Below are positions 17,498 to 27,875 of a DNA stretch of 64,000 nt, piece after piece; the stretch's first letter is position 1, and the number at the start of each line of letters is the position of its first letter. The stretch is from Candidatus Buchananbacteria bacterium (GTDB lineage Bacteria; Patescibacteriota; Patescibacteriia; 2-01-FULL-39-33), in the NCBI GenBank assembly GCA_903859075.1, contig CAIOLF010000024.1:5048-69047 (forward strand), given 5' to 3'. A model generated the notes under the pieces. The model ran no database searches. It saw only the letters and a program-made list of their open reading frames with translations, and was not told the DNA's origin. Made by a program: the position numbers and the translations under genes.

Positions 17498-18955
17498 TTA
17501 TTTTAGCACAGGTTTTTGTTTATGCCAACCAGTAGCCAGTTGATATTGATGCCCCACGCGCAAAACCGTCTTCTCATCAAACCGCTTGCCTAGCAGCTGA
17601 ATGCCCACCGGCAGATTATTAGAAAAACCGGCCGGCACTACTAAACCGCAAATTCCCGCCAGTGATGCCGGGGTGGTAAAGACGTCTTCCAGATACATTT
17701 TCAATGGATCATTGATATTTTCTCCCAACTTAAAAGGCGGCGTTGGGGCTACTGGCGTCAAAATCACGTCAACTTTCTCAAAAGCATTTTCAAAATCACG
17801 CTTAACTAGGGTGCGCGTCTGCATGGCCTTTTTATAATAAGCGTCATAATAGCCGGCGGAGAGCGCGTAAGTACCAATCATTACCCTGCGCTTGACTTCC
17901 TTGCCGAGTCCCTCGGCCCGGCTGTCAAGATAAATATCCAATAAATCTTTCCCCCGCTTGGAGAGGCCATATTTAATGCCGTCATATCTAGCCATATTAG
18001 AACTAACCTCGGAGGGCACAATAATATAATAAGTGGCGATGGCCAATTCGCTATGAGGCAAACTAATGTCCACTATCTCCGCTCCCAGCTCTTCAAATTT
18101 TTTGGCAGCTTCCAGTACTACTTGGCGCACGCCTTCATCCATGCCTTCAATAAAATATTCCTTGGGCAAACCGATTTTTAAGCCTTTGATGTCTTTTTTT
18201 ATTTCCTCACTATAATTATCTACTTCAATATCCGGGGTGGTTGAGTCCTTAACATCCCGACCAGCCAGATATTTTAAAATCAGGGCAATATCTTCAACGT
18301 TTTTGCCAAAGGGCCCGATGGTATCAAGCGACGAGGTCATGGCCATGACGCCATAGCGCGAGACCCGGCCGTAGGAAACTTTCAGTCCGGAAATACTGCA
18401 ATATGAAGCCGGCTGCCTGATAGATCCGCCCGTATCCGTTCCTAAGGAATAAATACACATATCAGCGGCAATGGCCGCGGCCGAACCGCCGGAAGAACCA
18501 CCCGGCACCCGCTCCAAATCCCAGGGATTATGAGTCGGGAAAAATCCTGAATTCTCGGTGGAGCCGCCCATAGCAAATTCATCACAATTCGTCTTGCCCA
18601 AAATTACCGCGTCATTATCTTTTAAAATCTTAACCGCTGTAGCATCAAAGGGCGGGACATAGTTTTCCAAAATTTTTGAAGCGCCGGTAGTTCGCAGTCC
18701 GGCGGTACAGAATAAATCTTTGACAGCGACCGGAATGCCGGCGAGCGGCGAAACACCCTCGTCATTTTTTAATTTTTGGTCTACTGCTTTGGCCTGGGCT
18801 AATGCTCCGGCTTTGTCTAAGGTGATAAAAGCTTTTACTTGGTCATCAAATTTGTTGATATTATCAAAGCAAGCGCGGGTCAATTCCTCGCTGGAAAATT
18901 TCTTTTCGCGCAAGCCGGTAAATGATTCTAGCAGTGTCAGTTTATTTAATTCCAT
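17498..18955 (-). CDS. gatA: Glu-tRNA(Gln) amidotransferase subunit A
   Basis: amidase signature GGSSGGSAAAIAA; gatC immediately upstream. Confidence 0.9.
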   Translation of the reverse strand: MELNKLTLLESFTGLREKKFSSEELTRACFDNINKFDDQVKAFITLDKAGALAQAKAVDQKLKNDEGVSPLAGIPVAVKDLFCTAGLRTTGASKILENYVPPFDATAVKILKDNDAVILGKTNCDEFAMGGSTENSGFFPTHNPWDLERVPGGSSGGSAAAIAADMCIYSLGTDTGGSIRQPASYCSISGLKVSYGRVSRYGVMAMTSSLDTIGPFGKNVEDIALILKYLAGRDVKDSTTPDIEVDNYSEEIKKDIKGLKIGLPKEYFIEGMDEGVRQVVLEAAKKFEELGAEIVDISLPHSELAIATYYIIVPSEVSSNMARYDGIKYGLSKRGKDLLDIYLDSRAEGLGKEVKRRVMIGTYALSAGYYDAYYKKAMQTRTLVKRDFENAFEKVDVILTPVAPTPPFKLGENINDPLKMYLEDVFTTPASLAGICGLVVPAGFSNNLPVGIQLLGKRFDEKTVLRVGHQYQLATGWHKQKPVLK

Positions 18956-18957
18956 AA

Positions 18958-19257
18958 TTATTTATTTTCAAACACCTTGGGAATCTTTACAAATCCCAAA
19001 CCTTTGTCCGGCGCGCAATCAACCAATTCTTTTTCAATACCGGATTCAATTACCTCGTCCTCGCGCATAATATTGGTCAGTCCGGTGACTTGGGAAGTCG
19101 GCTCAACAGCGGCAGTATCCACGGAAGATAACTTTTCCATGTAATTCAAAATAGCGGACAATTGTTCGCTATATTTCTCTTTTTCCTCTTCAGTCAGGCG
19201 AAGGCGCGCCAGAGTGGCGATATGTTCTACTTCTTGTTTGGTAAGTTTCATAAGCAA
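18958..19257 (-). CDS. gatC: Glu-tRNA(Gln) amidotransferase subunit C
   Basis: GatC-like N-terminus LTKQEVEHIATLARLRLTEEEKEKYSEQL; adjacent to gatA. Confidence 0.8.
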   Translation of the reverse strand: MLMKLTKQEVEHIATLARLRLTEEEKEKYSEQLSAILNYMEKLSSVDTAAVEPTSQVTGLTNIMREDEVIESGIEKELVDCAPDKGLGFVKIPKVFENK

Positions 19258-19350
19258 ATAAATATTAACATATTGATAAAATTATTTCAAGCAAAAAAAG
19301 CTGCCCTAGATACTAATCTAAAGCAGCTGCTTACTTCATCCTGATTTGCA

Positions 19351-20286
19351 CTAGCTGGGCTTGATCTCCCTGACAACTACCTCCATATTCATCGGGGATA
19401 TCACCTGACAACAAGGCATTGAGCCGTAATATATTCCTGGCGGATCCGGGAAGGTCCTGCCCCTGGCTCCGCAAAGCTGGTACACAGGGATTCCCTTAGG
19501 CCGGCCCAACTTACTGACAAAATCGTCCGGATCCTTAAGGTAGGCCTCGTTGACGATAATCCAATTCGACCCTAGACGACCTCTAAGGGTCAATAGATTA
19601 TCTTCTTTGACCAAGCTGATCAGCACGACCTGACGATCCCGCAATTCCTCCGGCCAAACAAACTCCGGCTTGTTGCGTTCCTGAGGATTAATCATGATGG
19701 CTGTCAAGCCGCCACTTATCTTCAGATATTTGTCGATTCGTTCAATCATCGACCTTGTCGCCAGAAAAATAACCGGCGCGCCATCTAGTCCGTGTCTCTC
19801 CCTTACTTGCTGGGCTGCCAGTACCGCCGCCTGAGCCGCAACAAACGCGTCATCAGCGGAAACTAGTAGCTGTCCCTGGGCGTCTTTTGGGCGATCACCC
19901 CTGAGAGCGGCGCCGATGCCAAAGCCGTAAAGCACCTTTTCCGCTCCGGTAATTTGACGGAGGCGTTCCATCCTATCCAGCAGTTTTCTCCTGTTGGACT
20001 TATTGTCCGAGGTTGACAGCTCGTGAGGAAAGGAAGAGATGACGAATTTGAGCCCCCAGACGCCGCCCTGTTCAAACGGCCCTAGGAAATACGGCCGCCA
20101 CTTCAGATAGCCGAAAAGCCACCGCGGCGCGAACCGCGAAGCGATCTTCTCCGAATTCGGGTAAGTGACGAACACGGCCTTGAGAAACCGCCTCCGCTTA
20201 TTGGCCAGGCCGATCAGCTTGAAGACGATGTCATGATTGACAAGCACATTCAAAATAATAAAGAACAACTGTGTCAGCGCTTGCAT
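19351..20286 (-). CDS. hypothetical protein in a GC-rich compositional island
   Basis: 311-aa ORF with high GC3 and no confident motif. Confidence 0.4.
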   Translation of the reverse strand: MQALTQLFFIILNVLVNHDIVFKLIGLANKRRRFLKAVFVTYPNSEKIASRFAPRWLFGYLKWRPYFLGPFEQGGVWGLKFVISSFPHELSTSDNKSNRRKLLDRMERLRQITGAEKVLYGFGIGAALRGDRPKDAQGQLLVSADDAFVAAQAAVLAAQQVRERHGLDGAPVIFLATRSMIERIDKYLKISGGLTAIMINPQERNKPEFVWPEELRDRQVVLISLVKEDNLLTLRGRLGSNWIIVNEAYLKDPDDFVSKLGRPKGIPVYQLCGARGRTFPDPPGIYYGSMPCCQVISPMNMEVVVREIKPS

Positions 20287-20389
20287 GGACTTTCCCTCCC
20301 GATTGTTGAACCGCGACTATTAAACACAAATTAATATATAACAAAAAAACAGCTCAGCGTCAATTTTTAGGCAGCTAACTGATAATTAA

Positions 20390-20416
20390 AAAAGACGGAT
20401 TAGATCCGTCTTTTAA
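20390..20416. terminator. Rho-independent terminator
   Basis: aaaagacggat-tag-atccgtctttt: perfect 8-bp stem flanked by A/T runs. Confidence 0.65.
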
Positions 20417-20424
20417 AGTTGTTT

Positions 20425-20442
20425 GTAGCCCCATGGGGAATT
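20425..20442. repeat. 18-nt direct copy (gtagccccatggggaatt) of the 3' end of the downstream tRNA-Glu gene; att-like scar
   Basis: identical to 20639-20656, which overlaps the tRNA-Glu 3' acceptor/T-arm region. Confidence 0.7.
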
Positions 20443-20640
20443 CCTCATTGTTTTTGCTTCCGCAAAAACTTCTTCGTCCTGGGCAGAGCCAATGCTCCCA
20501 TTGGTCGCATTGTCTACACTCACCTGCGCTTTGTTTTGGCAAAATCCAAAACAAAGCTTGTTTCGTTTCTGCCCGTTCAATTCCCCTTAATAAAAACAGA
20601 TAATTAAAAAACATCCATAAATGGATGTTTTTTAATTAGT

Positions 20641-20710
20641 AGCCCCATGGGGAATTGAACCCCAGTTTTCTCCGTGAGAGGGAGATGTCCTAGCCACTAG
20701 ACGATGAGGC
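20641..20710 (-). tRNA. tRNA-Glu (anticodon CTC)
   Basis: minus-strand GCCTCATCGTCTAGTGGCTAGGACATCTCCCTCTCACGGAGAAAACTGGGGTTCAATTCCCCATGGGGCT; the D-arm resembles the E. coli tRNA-Glu TCGTCTAGAGGCCCAGGACA; anticodon loop CTCTCAC. Confidence 0.8.
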
Positions 20711-20778
20711 CGAATATTTAAATAAAGCTTAAATATTATACTCTTTATTTTTACAGATTTCAATAGTCAAACAAAAAA

Positions 20779-21339
20779 TTAATTCCCAAACTTATATACA
20801 AAAATCCTTTCCATCTGCTTGCCGTCACGACGCGTATCAACTATCTTTATCGGCTCAGTGTTGGGCAGCTTAAAGCCATAGGAAACTACTCGCGCCGTCG
20901 ATTTTAATTCTTTGGCAAATTTCGGCTCCAGCCGCGCCATTACCTCCGGAAATAAATAGCAGTAAACCACATCGGCGCCTGAGAGATCGGCCTTGAAAAA
21001 ATTTTTCATCCTCACTTCCACATTTGCTCGGCTGATAAGAATATTAAATTTAGACCACAAGTACGGCCACAGCGATAATTCATAGCCGATGCCCTTAGCG
21101 CCGAATTCCTTGGCCGCCAAGACCAGCAAGGAGGCCTTGCCGCAGCCCAAATCATAAATCTTTTCTCCCGGCTTTAAGTCAACCGCGGAAAGTATCTGGC
21201 GGTATTTGCGACGCGGGGTGGAGACAAACGGCACGCCGCGCGCCATAATCAGTCCGACGATTACGGAAATAAACAGGGAGAGAACGGCTACTAAAAAAAC
21301 TAGATAGCCGATGAGTATGAAGTATTGCCAAAAGGTCAT
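20779..21339 (-). CDS. membrane-anchored class I SAM-dependent methyltransferase
   Basis: N-terminal TM segment; SAM motif I IYDLGCGKASLLVLAA; acidic motif II region. Confidence 0.55.
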   Translation of the reverse strand: MTFWQYFILIGYLVFLVAVLSLFISVIVGLIMARGVPFVSTPRRKYRQILSAVDLKPGEKIYDLGCGKASLLVLAAKEFGAKGIGYELSLWPYLWSKFNILISRANVEVRMKNFFKADLSGADVVYCYLFPEVMARLEPKFAKELKSTARVVSYGFKLPNTEPIKIVDTRRDGKQMERIFVYKFGN

Positions 21340-21349
21340 ATTAACATTT

Positions 21350-22456
21350 TTAAATGTTTAAATCTTCGATCAATTTTTTCTGCTGGCGATCCAAGTGTTT
21401 GGGAATATCAACTATCACTTCCACCAAATGATCACCGCGCCCGCGACCCCGCAAGTGCGGCACTCCTTTTTCTCTTAGACGAAACTGGGTATGGCTCTGG
21501 GTTCCCTCGGGAATCCGCAAAGCCACCAGACCATCCACCGTCTCTACCTCTATTTTATCACCTAATGCCGCCTGTCGTATAGAGATATGCGCTTCTGAAC
21601 GGATATCATCTCCCGCTCTGTTAAATTTTTTATTAGGACGAATATGGATCTTCAGATATAAATCTCCCGCAGTCCCTTTGGACGCCACCTCACCCTTGCC
21701 TGACAATTTCAGCGACTGCTCGTCATTGATGCCGGCGGGAATATTTATCTTGATTTTTTCCGAACCCTTGGATATTCCTTCGCCGTGGCAATGCCGGCAT
21801 TTCTTTTCAATTTTTTTGCCTTCACCTTGGCATTCGGGACAAATCGTCTCCGTCGCCATATTGCCGAAGATGGTCTGCTGTACCCGCTGCACCCGTCCCC
21901 GGCCGCCGCAGTGCAAGCAATTGGATACCTTGCTGCCCGGCTCGGCGCCGCTGCCCCGGCACTCGGGACAATTAATATCTTTCTGCAGGTCAATTACTTT
22001 TTCCGCTCCAAAAACCGCTTCGGAAAAATCCACATCCAGCTCCACTTCCAAATCGCGGCCCCGGGCTGATTTCTTGCCGCTCTTGCGCCCGCCGCCGAAT
22101 AAATCTCCTAAACCGCCAAAAACATACTCCAAGTCCTCAAAATCGCCAAAGTTAAAACCCTGGCTGGAGAAGCCCTGGCCGAAAGGATTGCCGCGGGAAA
22201 AATCCTGAAAACCGCCAAATCCCTGACCGCCGGCCGGACCGCCGCCGGAAAAACTTTGGCCAAACTGGTCGTACTGCTGGCGTTTCTGCTCATTGCCCAG
22301 CGTCTGGTAGGCCTCATTGATCTCCTTGAATTTTTCCGCGTTGCCGCCCTGTTTATCGGGATGATGCTCATGCGCCAGTTTGCGGAAGGCCTTTTTTATC
22401 TCTTCGCCGGAAGATGTCTTGGAAACGCCTAATATATTGTAATAATCTTTAGCCAT
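21350..22456 (-). CDS. dnaJ: molecular chaperone DnaJ
   Basis: J-domain with HPD (YYNILGV...HHPDK), Gly/Phe-rich linker, four CxxCxGxG zinc-finger repeats. Confidence 0.9.
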   Translation of the reverse strand: MAKDYYNILGVSKTSSGEEIKKAFRKLAHEHHPDKQGGNAEKFKEINEAYQTLGNEQKRQQYDQFGQSFSGGGPAGGQGFGGFQDFSRGNPFGQGFSSQGFNFGDFEDLEYVFGGLGDLFGGGRKSGKKSARGRDLEVELDVDFSEAVFGAEKVIDLQKDINCPECRGSGAEPGSKVSNCLHCGGRGRVQRVQQTIFGNMATETICPECQGEGKKIEKKCRHCHGEGISKGSEKIKINIPAGINDEQSLKLSGKGEVASKGTAGDLYLKIHIRPNKKFNRAGDDIRSEAHISIRQAALGDKIEVETVDGLVALRIPEGTQSHTQFRLREKGVPHLRGRGRGDHLVEVIVDIPKHLDRQQKKLIEDLNI

Positions 22457-22469
22457 AACTTATAATTTT

Positions 22470-22763
22470 TTACGCTTGAAAACCGATTTCCTGCTTTGGG
22501 CTCTCCGCCTCCGTCACCGTGCCGAATTGGCTTTCATACTTCTTTAAATTATCTTGCAGGGCGGCAATCATGCGCTTCAAGTGCCCCGGATTGGTGATTA
22601 TCTTGGCTACCACCCGGCCGCCCGGCGCGACAATATTAAAAAATGACAAGATGAACTCCTGCTGATTATGCATTATCTGCATAGCATTGGCATATTCGCC
22701 GCCGACAAAATTATCAGTAATGCGAATTTCTTGCGGAGCGCTTTTTGTTGTTGGCTCGTTCAT
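22470..22763 (-). CDS. small DUF3467-like protein
   Basis: 97 aa; the ...YANAMQIMHNQQEFILSF... pattern resembles the DUF3467 family; sits between the activase trio and dnaJ. Confidence 0.35.
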   Translation of the reverse strand: MNEPTTKSAPQEIRITDNFVGGEYANAMQIMHNQQEFILSFFNIVAPGGRVVAKIITNPGHLKRMIAALQDNLKKYESQFGTVTEAESPKQEIGFQA

Positions 22764-22909
22764 AGAATTAAGAATTATGAATTAAGATCGTTAATATTGG
22801 ATATTAAGGATATTTATGATATTTTTTAATTAAATTCAATATCCCTAATATCTTAATTTCTAAATATCTTTAATATGTCTGTCATAAAATTACCAATTAC
22901 TAATTACTT

Positions 22910-23893
22910 TTAGGAAACTAGAATCTTATCCGCCGGTGACTTATCCAGATTTTCCGACCACTTGCCGCAACGGTCGCCCCAGCGCGCGATCACTTTGCCG
23001 TTTTCTTTGAATTCCACCACTTCGCATTTATTGGGGCAGTCCGTGCAATCAAAAGCGGTGGTCTCAAATTCCGATTTGATGATTTCAAAACCTTTGAAAT
23101 TCGTCTTGGCTGGATCCAGTTCCAGCGCCAAAATCGCCGCTCCAATCGCTCCCATGACATCAAAATTCTCCGGCACGATAACTTTTTCTCCCAGAGCCCG
23201 CTCAAATTCTTTGATAATTCCTTTATTAGCGGCAACGCCGCCCTGAAAAATTATCGGCGCTTCAATTTTTTTTCCTCGGGCGACATTACTCAAGTAATTG
23301 CGCACCAACGCCTCGCATAACCCGCGGATAATATCTTCACGCTTAGCTCCGATTTGCTGTTTATGTATCATATCCGATTCGGCAAAAACCGTACAGCGGC
23401 CGGCAATATTGACGTTGGCGGTGGAAGCCAGCGCCAGATCGCCAAATTCCTCAATCTGCAACCCCAGACGTCCGGCCTGCTGATCCAAAAATGATCCCGT
23501 ACCGGCGGCGCAAACGGTATTCATGGCAAAATCAGTAACCATTCCGCCCTCGAGAATTATAATTTTGGAATCCTGACCGCCGATTTCCAACACCGTCCTG
23601 ACTCCCGGCACTTCGCTCAGTGCCGCCATGGCATGGGAAGTGATCTCGTTTTTTACGATATCACCGCCGACTAAGATGCTCGCCAGCATGCGGCCGCTGC
23701 CGGTCGTGCCGACTCCAGCCACTCCGCAATCGTGGAGCTGGTCTTTTACGGCTGCCAAGCCTTCTTTGACGGCGCGAATCGGCTGGCCTTGGGTCCGGAT
23801 ATAAGACTTGGCCAGTAATTTTTTATTTTCATCAATCGCTACGACATTGCAGCTTACCGATCCGACATCAACGCCGAGATAAATTTTCTTCAT
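22910..23893 (-). CDS. BadF/BadG/BcrA/BcrD-type ATPase (HgdC-like acyl-CoA dehydratase activase) with a C-terminal Cys cluster
   Basis: N-terminal IYLGVDVGSVSCNVVAID actin-fold phosphate-1 motif, GVGTTGSG, conserved Cys pair; C-terminal CTDCPNKC...RCGKW. Confidence 0.6.
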   Translation of the reverse strand: MKKIYLGVDVGSVSCNVVAIDENKKLLAKSYIRTQGQPIRAVKEGLAAVKDQLHDCGVAGVGTTGSGRMLASILVGGDIVKNEITSHAMAALSEVPGVRTVLEIGGQDSKIIILEGGMVTDFAMNTVCAAGTGSFLDQQAGRLGLQIEEFGDLALASTANVNIAGRCTVFAESDMIHKQQIGAKREDIIRGLCEALVRNYLSNVARGKKIEAPIIFQGGVAANKGIIKEFERALGEKVIVPENFDVMGAIGAAILALELDPAKTNFKGFEIIKSEFETTAFDCTDCPNKCEVVEFKENGKVIARWGDRCGKWSENLDKSPADKILVS

Positions 23894-24978
23894 ATTTTTT
23901 GTTTTCTTTTTAGCAAATCAACGAACGCCTCCAAACGTGTCTGATATTGCGTATCGCTGGAATGAGTATCGCGCAAAAAGTGGATTATCGGCACGCCGTA
24001 GTCCTTGGCAATGCGGTCCAGTATCGGCTTCAGCAGCAAATCGGGCATGCAGCCGAATGACTGGAAGTGCACGATGCCGCTCGCGCCATTTTCCAATTCT
24101 TCCAATACTTCGCCGACGCTTAAGTCCAAAAAAGACGCCGGCGACGATTGCAGATATTTCTTGCCCTTAACCATCAGCTCCGCATACCTTTTTTGGTAAT
24201 CGCTCTTCAGCGGCACTTTATTCATGCCAAAAAATATCAACGAAAATTGCAATGACTGGCGCACTTCCGCTCCCAGCCGATTCAGCTTGCGGATAGTATC
24301 AAAATGCGAAAAAGGTTCGTGGACTTTGAACATATCGCCGACAAAAGCCACTTTGATTAATTTCTTTTCTTTATCAAGCGGAATGTTTTCCCATTCTTTC
24401 AAGGCCGCCCTAAATATTTTACGCGGCTGCCAGAATTTCTTGACACCGCAGAGCTCACTGTTCCATTTGGCCAGCCAGGCGTCAGTCTCGCCGTTATTTT
24501 TCTCGCGCGGCCGCGACCTGTTGGCCAGGTCGTTAATCTTATCAGCCGCCTCCAGCGTCAGGCAGAAAATCAGGATACCACGCAACATTTTAAACTTTGA
24601 TGGTCCGCCCATTACTTCCTTAAGCTGATCAAAAGATAAATCCAAGCCATAGCCGCCCCAATAATTGATGCGAAAATCCGGGTAGCCGTTTTCCCGCAGA
24701 ATCTGCGCCGTCCCCTCCCAAAGATCGACATAACGACAGGAGCGGATATCGCACAGGCCGTGGACAAAAATATTTGTTACTCCTTTTTCCGCCAGCTGCC
24801 TAAGATAACCGAGATAAAGCTTAAAAGGAAAGCAGGCATATTCCGGCGAATGCGCTTCGCCGAATTTGAGCATCGACTCATTGAGCGGCACTGGCAATTC
24901 AAACTCTTGGCCGAAATAATTAAACATGGCTTTCATGGCGATATATTCGTTAAGCGCTGGCACTGATCCGTATTTCAT
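23890..24978 (-). CDS. 2-hydroxyacyl-CoA dehydratase (HgdB/D-component)-like protein
   Basis: ATGA overlap with the downstream activase; length and architecture match the HGD-D domain seen in fused CoA-substrate-specific enzyme activases. Confidence 0.4.
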   Translation of the reverse strand: MKYGSVPALNEYIAMKAMFNYFGQEFELPVPLNESMLKFGEAHSPEYACFPFKLYLGYLRQLAEKGVTNIFVHGLCDIRSCRYVDLWEGTAQILRENGYPDFRINYWGGYGLDLSFDQLKEVMGGPSKFKMLRGILIFCLTLEAADKINDLANRSRPREKNNGETDAWLAKWNSELCGVKKFWQPRKIFRAALKEWENIPLDKEKKLIKVAFVGDMFKVHEPFSHFDTIRKLNRLGAEVRQSLQFSLIFFGMNKVPLKSDYQKRYAELMVKGKKYLQSSPASFLDLSVGEVLEELENGASGIVHFQSFGCMPDLLLKPILDRIAKDYGVPIIHFLRDTHSSDTQYQTRLEAFVDLLKRKQKI

Positions 24979-24982
24979 AAAA

Positions 24983-25894
24983 TTATTTCAACATATCAAA
25001 AAAAGCATCCAGACGAGTAAGCAGCCCGGCCTCGCCGCTGGATTCGTCAAAAGATATCGAGATGACCGGCTTATTTCTTCTTGCCAGGCGGATGGAAAAA
25101 TTCTCCATCAAAAAATCCGGCCCGCAATTAAAAGGAGTGGCATAAATTATGCCTTTGACATGAGGATCATGGCTGGCGGCAATGATTGCTCCGTATTCGC
25201 GATTAGTCAGACGCCAATGGTAATGATAGCATTTATGCAATTCGCCAAAACCCCGTTCAATGCCCTCATCGGAAAAATCATCCACCGTTTTTATTTCATA
25301 CCCCCTGGCTCTGATTTTTTTTAGCAGTTCCAAATTGGCTTGTTCATCATAAAGGAGGTAGGGGCGGCCAATAACGGCAATCACCGCTTTCCCATTGTCC
25401 TTGAACTTTTCAAAAATGTTTGGCGCTTCTTCCTGCACTTGGCTAGCCGCGTCGTAAGCGGCTTTCGCTTGCTGCTTATTTTTTCCCAATTGCTCGGCCA
25501 GTTCCAGCCAAGGCTCAGCCACCATCTTGCCGTCTAAAAACTTTATGACCGGCCGCAAAATTTTTAACTGGGGATACTCCGCCGCAAACATATCCGGCAT
25601 CGCCACAAAGTACGGGCAAAAATACTCCCTCTTGTCTTTGTCGCTGCTATAAGCGAATTCCTCGAACTGCGGTATCAGGATGTAATCGGCCAGGCCCTGA
25701 AGCGATAAGACATGGCCATAAAAGATTTTCATCGGCAGACACATTTCGCTATGCGAGTGTTTCAGCCCCAAATTCAATATCCGGCGATCGGTAGGATCGG
25801 AAATCACCACCTCAAAACCCAGCGCTTCAAAAAAAGCATTCCAAAAAGCATGGTAATAATAATATAATCCCGCGCGGGGTATGGCAATTTTCAT
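24983..25894 (-). CDS. DUF2229-like protein (CoA enzyme activase uncharacterised domain)
   Basis: N-terminus IAIPRAGLYYYYHAFWNAFFEALGFEVVIS...EMCLPMKIFYGHV matches the DUF2229 pattern (IGIPRAL.YYE..P.W..FF..LGFEVV). Confidence 0.45.
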   Translation of the reverse strand: MKIAIPRAGLYYYYHAFWNAFFEALGFEVVISDPTDRRILNLGLKHSHSEMCLPMKIFYGHVLSLQGLADYILIPQFEEFAYSSDKDKREYFCPYFVAMPDMFAAEYPQLKILRPVIKFLDGKMVAEPWLELAEQLGKNKQQAKAAYDAASQVQEEAPNIFEKFKDNGKAVIAVIGRPYLLYDEQANLELLKKIRARGYEIKTVDDFSDEGIERGFGELHKCYHYHWRLTNREYGAIIAASHDPHVKGIIYATPFNCGPDFLMENFSIRLARRNKPVISISFDESSGEAGLLTRLDAFFDMLK

Positions 25895-25948
25895 ATTTAA
25901 AAAACGCGCAGAGACGTCCGCCGCGGCGGACGTCTCTCTAAAATATAA

Positions 25949-27865
25949 TTATTTCTTTACTTCTTCGTACTGCCCATCAATCGGCCCTTGCTGACCGGCT
26001 TGCTGCTGTTCTCCAGCGCCCGCGGAACCGCCAGCGGACTTGTCCGCCGGAGCTTCAGCGGAGGCGGACTGATACATAGCCGCACCGACTTTCTGGATCG
26101 CTTCGGACAGCGTGTCATAATTGCGCTTGATAAGATCTTTGTCCTCGCCATCTTTGGCTTTTTTAAGATCTTCCACCTTATCCATTATATCTTTTCTGGT
26201 GCCGGCGTCAACTTTATCTCCGGCATCTTTGAGCGTTTTTTCCGTGGTAAAAATCAGGCTCTCCGCTTGATTTTTAAGATCGATGATTTCTTTTCTATTC
26301 TTATCTTCCTCGGCATGGGCGGCGGCATCATTTTTCATCCGCTCAATTTCATCCTTGGATAAGCCGGTTGATGCGGTGATTGTGATGTGCTGTTCGCGAC
26401 TGGTGGCCTTATCTTTGGCTTTGACATTTAAAATGCCGTTGGCATCAATATCAAAAGTCACTTCAATCTGCGGGACGCCGCGCGGAGCCGGCGGAATACC
26501 ATCTAGCATGAATTTACCCAGCGTCTTGTTGTCAGCCGCCATTGGTCGTTCGCCTTGCAAAACATGGATTTCCACACCTGGCTGATTATCGGCCGCGGTA
26601 GAAAATACCTGGCTGTGAGAGGTCGGGATGGTAGTATTGCGCTCAATCAGCGGGGTCATGACTCCGCCCAAGGTCTCAATACCCAAAGTCAGCGGGGTAA
26701 CATCTAAAAGCAACACATCTTTGACATCGCCTTGCAAAACCCCGGCCTGAACGGCGGCGCCGAGCGCCACTACTTCATCGGGATTGACGCTGATATTCGG
26801 CTTTTTGCCAAAAAATTCCTCTACCTTCTTTTGCACCAAAGGCATGCGGGTCATGCCGCCGACTAAAACTATTTCTTCAACATCTTTGGGCGACATGCCG
26901 GCATCTGACAAAGCTTTGCGTACCGGCTCAAAAGTTTTCTCTACGAATTCCATCACTAAGCTCTCTAATTGAGCTCGAGTAACTCTCATATTCAAATGCT
27001 TGGGCGAGCTATCGGCTCCCATCGTGATAAATGGCTGATTAATCTCGGTTTCCATCTGGGTGGAGAGCTCTATCTTGGCTTTTTCGGCCGCTTCTTTGAC
27101 GCGCTGCAGAGCGGTGATATCCTTGGAGAGATCAACGCCTTCCTGCTTCTTGAATTCATCCAAAATCCAGTTCATTATTTTGAGGTCAAAATCATCGCCG
27201 CCCAAATGCGTATCGCCATTGGTTGATTTCACTTCCACGGTGTCAGCGGCAACATCCAGCACGGAGACGTCAAAAGTACCGCCGCCCAAATCGTAAACCA
27301 CTATCTGCTGGCCGGCTTTCTTCTCAAAACCATAAGCCAAAGCGGCCGCGGTCGGCTCATTGATAATGCGCTTGACGGTGAGTCCAGCGATTTCTCCGGC
27401 ATCTTTGGTCGCTTGTCTCTGAGCGTCATTAAAATACGCCGGCACGGTAATTACCGCTTCGGTGATTTTTTCACCCAGTTTGGCCTCGGCGTCTTCCTTG
27501 AGCTTGGTCAGTACCATGGCGGAGATTTCCTGCGGGCTGTAATCCTTGCCGCCCATGACTATTTTTACTCCAGTGCCGGATTTTTTGATTTCAAACGGCA
27601 TCAGCTTGATATCGCGCTGCACTTCCGGATCATCCCAGGCGCGCCCGATAAGGCGCTTGATGGAAAAAAGCGTATTGGCGGGATTGGTAACGGCTTGGCG
27701 CTTGGCAGAGATTCCGACTAAGCGCTCGTTAGTTTTGGTGACCGCCACGATTGACGGGGTGGTGCGAGCTCCCTCCTTATTCTCTAATACTTTCGGCTGG
27801 CCGCCTTCAATGATGGCCAGGCAGGAATTGGTGGTTCCTAAATCGATTCCTAAAATTTTCGGCAT
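25949..27865 (-). CDS. dnaK: molecular chaperone DnaK (Hsp70)
   Basis: [37 protein letters not shown] and other Hsp70 signatures. Confidence 0.95.
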   Translation of the reverse strand: MPKILGIDLGTTNSCLAIIEGGQPKVLENKEGARTTPSIVAVTKTNERLVGISAKRQAVTNPANTLFSIKRLIGRAWDDPEVQRDIKLMPFEIKKSGTGVKIVMGGKDYSPQEISAMVLTKLKEDAEAKLGEKITEAVITVPAYFNDAQRQATKDAGEIAGLTVKRIINEPTAAALAYGFEKKAGQQIVVYDLGGGTFDVSVLDVAADTVEVKSTNGDTHLGGDDFDLKIMNWILDEFKKQEGVDLSKDITALQRVKEAAEKAKIELSTQMETEINQPFITMGADSSPKHLNMRVTRAQLESLVMEFVEKTFEPVRKALSDAGMSPKDVEEIVLVGGMTRMPLVQKKVEEFFGKKPNISVNPDEVVALGAAVQAGVLQGDVKDVLLLDVTPLTLGIETLGGVMTPLIERNTTIPTSHSQVFSTAADNQPGVEIHVLQGERPMAADNKTLGKFMLDGIPPAPRGVPQIEVTFDIDANGILNVKAKDKATSREQHITITASTGLSKDEIERMKNDAAAHAEEDKNRKEIIDLKNQAESLIFTTEKTLKDAGDKVDAGTRKDIMDKVEDLKKAKDGEDKDLIKRNYDTLSEAIQKVGAAMYQSASAEAPADKSAGGSAGAGEQQQAGQQGPIDGQYEEVKK

Positions 27866-27875
27866 AGTATTTTTT

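Noticed and set aside
20290-20780. Integrated prophage or ICE at tRNA-Glu
   Set aside because: The direct repeats enclose only about 200 bp, and no integrase, recombinase or phage genes are present. I reported it only as an att-like scar.
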